From assembly GCA_021818425.1 (NCBI GenBank), contig JAKAEC010000005.1, positions 15,462-79,461 on the forward strand: a stretch of DNA of 64,000 bases, given 5' to 3'. The notes below the pieces were generated by a model, which had not been told where the DNA came from, ran no database searches, and saw nothing but the letters and a program-made list of their open reading frames with translations. A program made the translations under genes and the position numbers. This document shows, one piece after another, positions 60,125-64,000 of this stretch. This DNA is from Pseudomonadota bacterium. Lineage in GTDB: Bacteria > Pseudomonadota > Alphaproteobacteria > Acetobacterales > Acetobacteraceae. The first letter of the stretch is position 1. Each line of letters begins with the position of its first letter.

Positions 60125-61615
60125 ATGAGCCTCCATTAAGATGAGGCAATGATTACAACCAATACGGGTAATCGTCAATAAATTTTTTCAATTCCTGCGT
60201 GTATGATATAAAAATTAAGATAAAATGGAAAAATTGATTAATATTTGGTTTTTTGGTGTGGTTTTGGCGGCCGGTTGCCGATGGGTGGGTAGCTGTGCAT
60301 CAACGGCGCAGATCTGGTCTTGTCCTCTTTTGCCTCTTGCACTCCGGCAGAAGAGCCTGCCCCGTGCACGCGTAACTAAGGGAGTGAATTCGGTGGCGAT
60401 GTGAGCGGAAACGATATTTAGGCGTTCCAGATGACGAGTTCTGTTTTGGATTTTTTCTTGCGCTTCTGTTGTATCGTCAGGGTTGAAATTGCGGTTGACC
60501 CGCCAACATTCCGGAATGGCGGAGCGGTTCAATACTCCGGCTTGTTTGTCGTGGCAGAGCGCTTCCGCCGCTGGTGGGCTTCGACCTTTATACACAGGTA
60601 GCCAAAATGTCGAAGGGGTAGTGCTGATATAGTGCGGCGGCGAGACTTCGGATGGTCGAACCATGAATTGAGTAGTGGCGTCGAGGAGAGAGGCGTTTTC
60701 CAATTGTTGCTCGAGGTCTGGAGGCGGCGAGCAGACTGCGCCAGAGAAGGCCAGAGCCAGCGTATTTTTGTGGGCAGATTATTAATGGCGTGGCGCCAGA
60801 TACGCGGCGAAGTGCATCGGCCTTTGTAGCCCCAGCGGTGCCAACCATAAATTTATCCATAAGAACATATTGTTGCGTGAGAAGGTCAGGCAGACGCGTT
60901 GTCGCGGGGAGGCGGGAGTTTTGCGCTACGGCGCGTTGTCGAGGTGGCATTGCTGGCATTCGAGGCAAAGTTACAGATCAGGGCGTGTATTGTAGGAGGC
61001 CGCAAACATCCGGTTTGTTGGGTGCGCGTTTTAAACAACTAGACGCAGAAAGCCCGCATTATGGACTGCGCGGGCTGTTCCGAAAAGCGTGTGGGTTGCG
61101 TCATGCGCGAAGATGCCGAGTCTCGCGTCGGTGTTGTGGGGGGGATTGAGGAGAGTAGGGGAATTAAAGACGCTTCCGTAGACGCCAAGATCGATGACTT
61201 GGTTGCGGGGCAGAAACGGGATGTCGCCGGGCGCGTGGTGCCGGCTAGAGTTTCTGTGATACGGACAAGTGGAACTATAGGAACGCGTTCCAACGCTTCA
61301 CGGATGCGGGTTTCCGGCGTAGGGAAATCGAGACGGATTAGATGGTGTCGGGTTGTTCCGGCGACAGGATCTAACCTTATACCCTTCGGTAGCAGGGTAT
61401 GAAGCGTTCGCAAACCTTGAAACTGAGACGCTGAATGTGCTGATTGGCTGTTTAGAGACTTGGAAAAGGCGGATCGACTCGTCAATGTCCGGTCAGATCG
61501 TTATCATGCTACCTCAACTATACGGCGCGGCTTAGATAGACGCCTCACGAGCTTTTGGCGCTGCCGGGCACATCGAACATTGCACGGGAAAAATACGCTG
61601 AGTAGTCTGTGATGC

Positions 61616-62116
61616 ATGGTAAGATTCGTAACAGGCGGGCTAATTGCGGCGCTGTATTTGACGGCAATAGCGCATGCCGCGCAATTGCCGGCGCGTGCCT
61701 CGGGGCTTTGGCAGAGCAAGACCAGTGTGTTTGGCCCGAACGACCGGCCGATGGCGCAGGCGCAGAATGTGGTGACATTGACCTGCGTGGACCCGGAGAC
61801 AGATCAGAAATTTCTACTTGTCGGCCAGAGCCGGTGCAGCGAACTAACGGTTTCTGGCTCTGGTGCCACTTATGAGATCAATGGCATATGTGCGCAGCCA
61901 GCCGGAACGGCAAAGATTCATGAGACGCTGCATTATAGCAGCAGTAAATCTTTGCAGTTGAAAGCGAATTTTTCGACCTCTTCGGGTAAAATATCGATGA
62001 CCTCGAATCTGCAATGGATGGGGAAATGTCCCGCGGGTATGGTGCCGGGGGATGAGGGCGAGATGGTGAATGGCAGCTTCGTGAAAGCTGGCAACATAAA
62101 TGATCATAATCCCTGA
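61616..62116 (+). CDS. Secreted protein, DUF3617-like
   Basis: Signal peptide, GLWQ, four Cys, WMGKCPAGMVPGD. Confidence 0.75.
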   Translation: MVRFVTGGLIAALYLTAIAHAAQLPARASGLWQSKTSVFGPNDRPMAQAQNVVTLTCVDPETDQKFLLVGQSRCSELTVSGSGATYEINGICAQPAGTAKIHETLHYSSSKSLQLKANFSTSSGKISMTSNLQWMGKCPAGMVPGDEGEMVNGSFVKAGNINDHNP

Positions 62117-63384
62117 TGAGCCTTTCCGCGCGGGCCACGTTGAGTCGGCCAGAGTTCCGGAGGCTGGGGTTGATGGCGGTGTTAGGATTTTCCTCGGGCC
62201 TGCCTTGGGCGCTTTCCGGACCGACGCTGCGGTTGTGGATGGCCAGTGAACATGTGGCGCTGGGGGTAATTGGGCTGACGGCTAATATCGGGCTGGCGTA
62301 TCTGTTGAAATTCTTGTGGGCGCCGTTTTTCGATGAAGTAAAACCGTTTTTCTTCGGCAGGCGGCGCGGCTGGTTGATTACGGTGCAGGTTGCGCTGGCG
62401 TTAAGTATTGCGGCCCTGGCGGTAAGCGATCCTGCCCGGGATGTGTGGCTAACTTTGGGGCTCGGGGCGCTGGTCGCGTTATGCTCCGCGAGTCAGGATA
62501 TTATCATCGACGCATGGCGGATCGAGAGCTTCTCGTCCCGGCTGCAGGGCATTGCCCTTGCGGGGGAAGTTTGGGGATATCGCGTGGCGATGATGGTTTC
62601 TTTCTCCGGGGCGACTGTGTTGTCCAACTATTTGGGTTGGCACGGCGCCGTAGGGCTGATAGCGGGACTGGCGCTGATTGGCCCCGTTGGGGCATTTTTT
62701 GCGTCAGAGCCGCACGTGGCGCGCGAGGCGGCGGGAGCTACCGTAAGGGCGCGCTTTCGCCAGGCGGTGGTGGAGCCGTTTGCAGAGTTTTGGGGACGGC
62801 GTGGGGCGCTGGTGATCTTGGCATTTGTGTTGCTGTACCGGTTGGGCGGTGCGCTCGGTGACCCGATGCTCTCGCCCTTTTATCTGACGCTGGGATTCGA
62901 CCGGACGGCAATCGCCATTGCCAACGGACCTGTGGTGCTCATGTGCGGGCTGGCCGGTACGGCGGTGGGGGCAATTCTGGTCGCGCGCATTGGCGTGGGG
63001 CGGGCGCTGCTTACGACATCACTGCTCCAGGCGCTGGCATTGTGTCTGTATCCGCTGCTCGGGCTTTACCCGAATACACCCCATATTCTTGCTGGGATCG
63101 CAGCCGTGGAGGCCTTTGTTGGGGCCGTCTCAGATACTGCGTTTCTATCTTACCTCTCCGGCTTATGCGTGTCGGAGCACACGGCCACCCAATATGCGCT
63201 GTTTTCCTCGTTGGCGCCGATGGCGCTGCATACGGTGGCGGGGGCTAGCGGGTTCATAGTGGAGCAGACCGGGTATGTGCCGTTTTTCGAGATCTGTGCG
63301 GCGGCGGCGTTGCCGGGGGTTTTGCTTCTGTTGCTCATTCTGCGTTGGTATCCGCCGGCGGAGCGGCCGGTTGAAGCACCCTGA
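62116..63384 (+). CDS. ampG: AmpG family muropeptide MFS transporter
   Basis: LGFSSGLP, KFLWAP, GRRRGW, SASQDIIIDAWRIE, TATQYALFSSL. Confidence 0.92.
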   Translation: MSLSARATLSRPEFRRLGLMAVLGFSSGLPWALSGPTLRLWMASEHVALGVIGLTANIGLAYLLKFLWAPFFDEVKPFFFGRRRGWLITVQVALALSIAALAVSDPARDVWLTLGLGALVALCSASQDIIIDAWRIESFSSRLQGIALAGEVWGYRVAMMVSFSGATVLSNYLGWHGAVGLIAGLALIGPVGAFFASEPHVAREAAGATVRARFRQAVVEPFAEFWGRRGALVILAFVLLYRLGGALGDPMLSPFYLTLGFDRTAIAIANGPVVLMCGLAGTAVGAILVARIGVGRALLTTSLLQALALCLYPLLGLYPNTPHILAGIAAVEAFVGAVSDTAFLSYLSGLCVSEHTATQYALFSSLAPMALHTVAGASGFIVEQTGYVPFFEICAAAALPGVLLLLLILRWYPPAERPVEAP

Positions 63385-64000
63385 TCTGGCCGTCGGGGCG
63401 GGTTTTGTTGGTTTATGTACCTCCGCAAAGCTTTCGAATTCGGTATGGTCAAAATGGGCGCGAAGCTCTTTTGTAGGGTTGATATCGCGCTCAGCGGTGT
63501 CCGTGTTGACGATGGCGCGGCGCTCGGTTCCTTTATTGGACGAGCAGTTCCGCGTCTCCGATAGTGAGTTTGTGGCTGGGCCAAGAATATTGGTCCGAAT
63601 TGTCGCCGCCTTTGATGGAGATGTTGGCACGGAGACGGCTGCTGGTTGGGCGCAGCGTCCAAGGCCTGTTCGAGGGCGAAAAGAGAGGCCGGTGAGGTTG
63701 ATTGCCTGTGTGTTGTGCTCGCAATATAGCGATGGCCAGGAAAGAAATGGATTTTTGGCGCTTCATCCTGCGCGCCAAAGCAGGTTCCATCCCCTAAGAA
63801 GGCGGTGAAATTTTTGGCAATCATGGCGTGACCTTCCAGTATGCCCGGGAAAGCCGAGAGGTGCCCCCCCCCCGTGCTGGTGATGATGGGCGGGCCGAAG
63901 GCGTCGTCAAAGCTTGTTTTCAGCGTTACGACGTTGGAATTCTTGGCCAAGTAAATGAAATTCATTTTGGAGACCCCGGACCGTTGGGTTTCGTTTAATG

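Noticed and set aside
60130-60260. CtrA autoregulatory boxes (TTAA-N7-TTAA)
   Set aside because: Only isolated TTAA half-sites; none has the 7-nt spacing.
1-64000. CRISPR array, rRNA, prophage or defence system
   Set aside because: No regularly spaced repeats and no rRNA, phage, Cas or defence-like proteins were recognised.

Overview
This is a GC-rich alphaproteobacterial chromosomal segment. Gene content and style suggest Acetobacteraceae, Acidocella-like (inference). It is mostly housekeeping: hemW-thrC-M16 peptidase-pmbA, lrp/ald, mscL, accA, glyQS-ppdK, gloB, mscS, alkB, a spuC-puuA-aguA polyamine operon, ahcY, folB-uvrC-pgi, tRNA-Gln, ispE, apaG, folE, two tandem ctaA, tldD, carD, fdxA, a SUV3-like helicase, the hprK-rapZ-EIIA-HPr-EI regulatory PTS, ornithine decarboxylase and ampG. 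Mobile elements are an IS3 nested in an IS5 remnant and a decayed IS1182. Many 'intergenic' gaps are recognisable pseudogenes (CMD/AhpD, ada, guanine deaminase, sulfotransferase-like), which suggests ongoing genome decay. The three most notable observations are: (1) a DARS/oriC-like array of phased DnaA boxes plus a perfect IHF site between folB and uvrC; (2) two tandem heme A synthase paralogs with complementary loss of conserved motifs; (3) a CtrA paralog whose receiver domain has lost the phospho-acceptor Asp.
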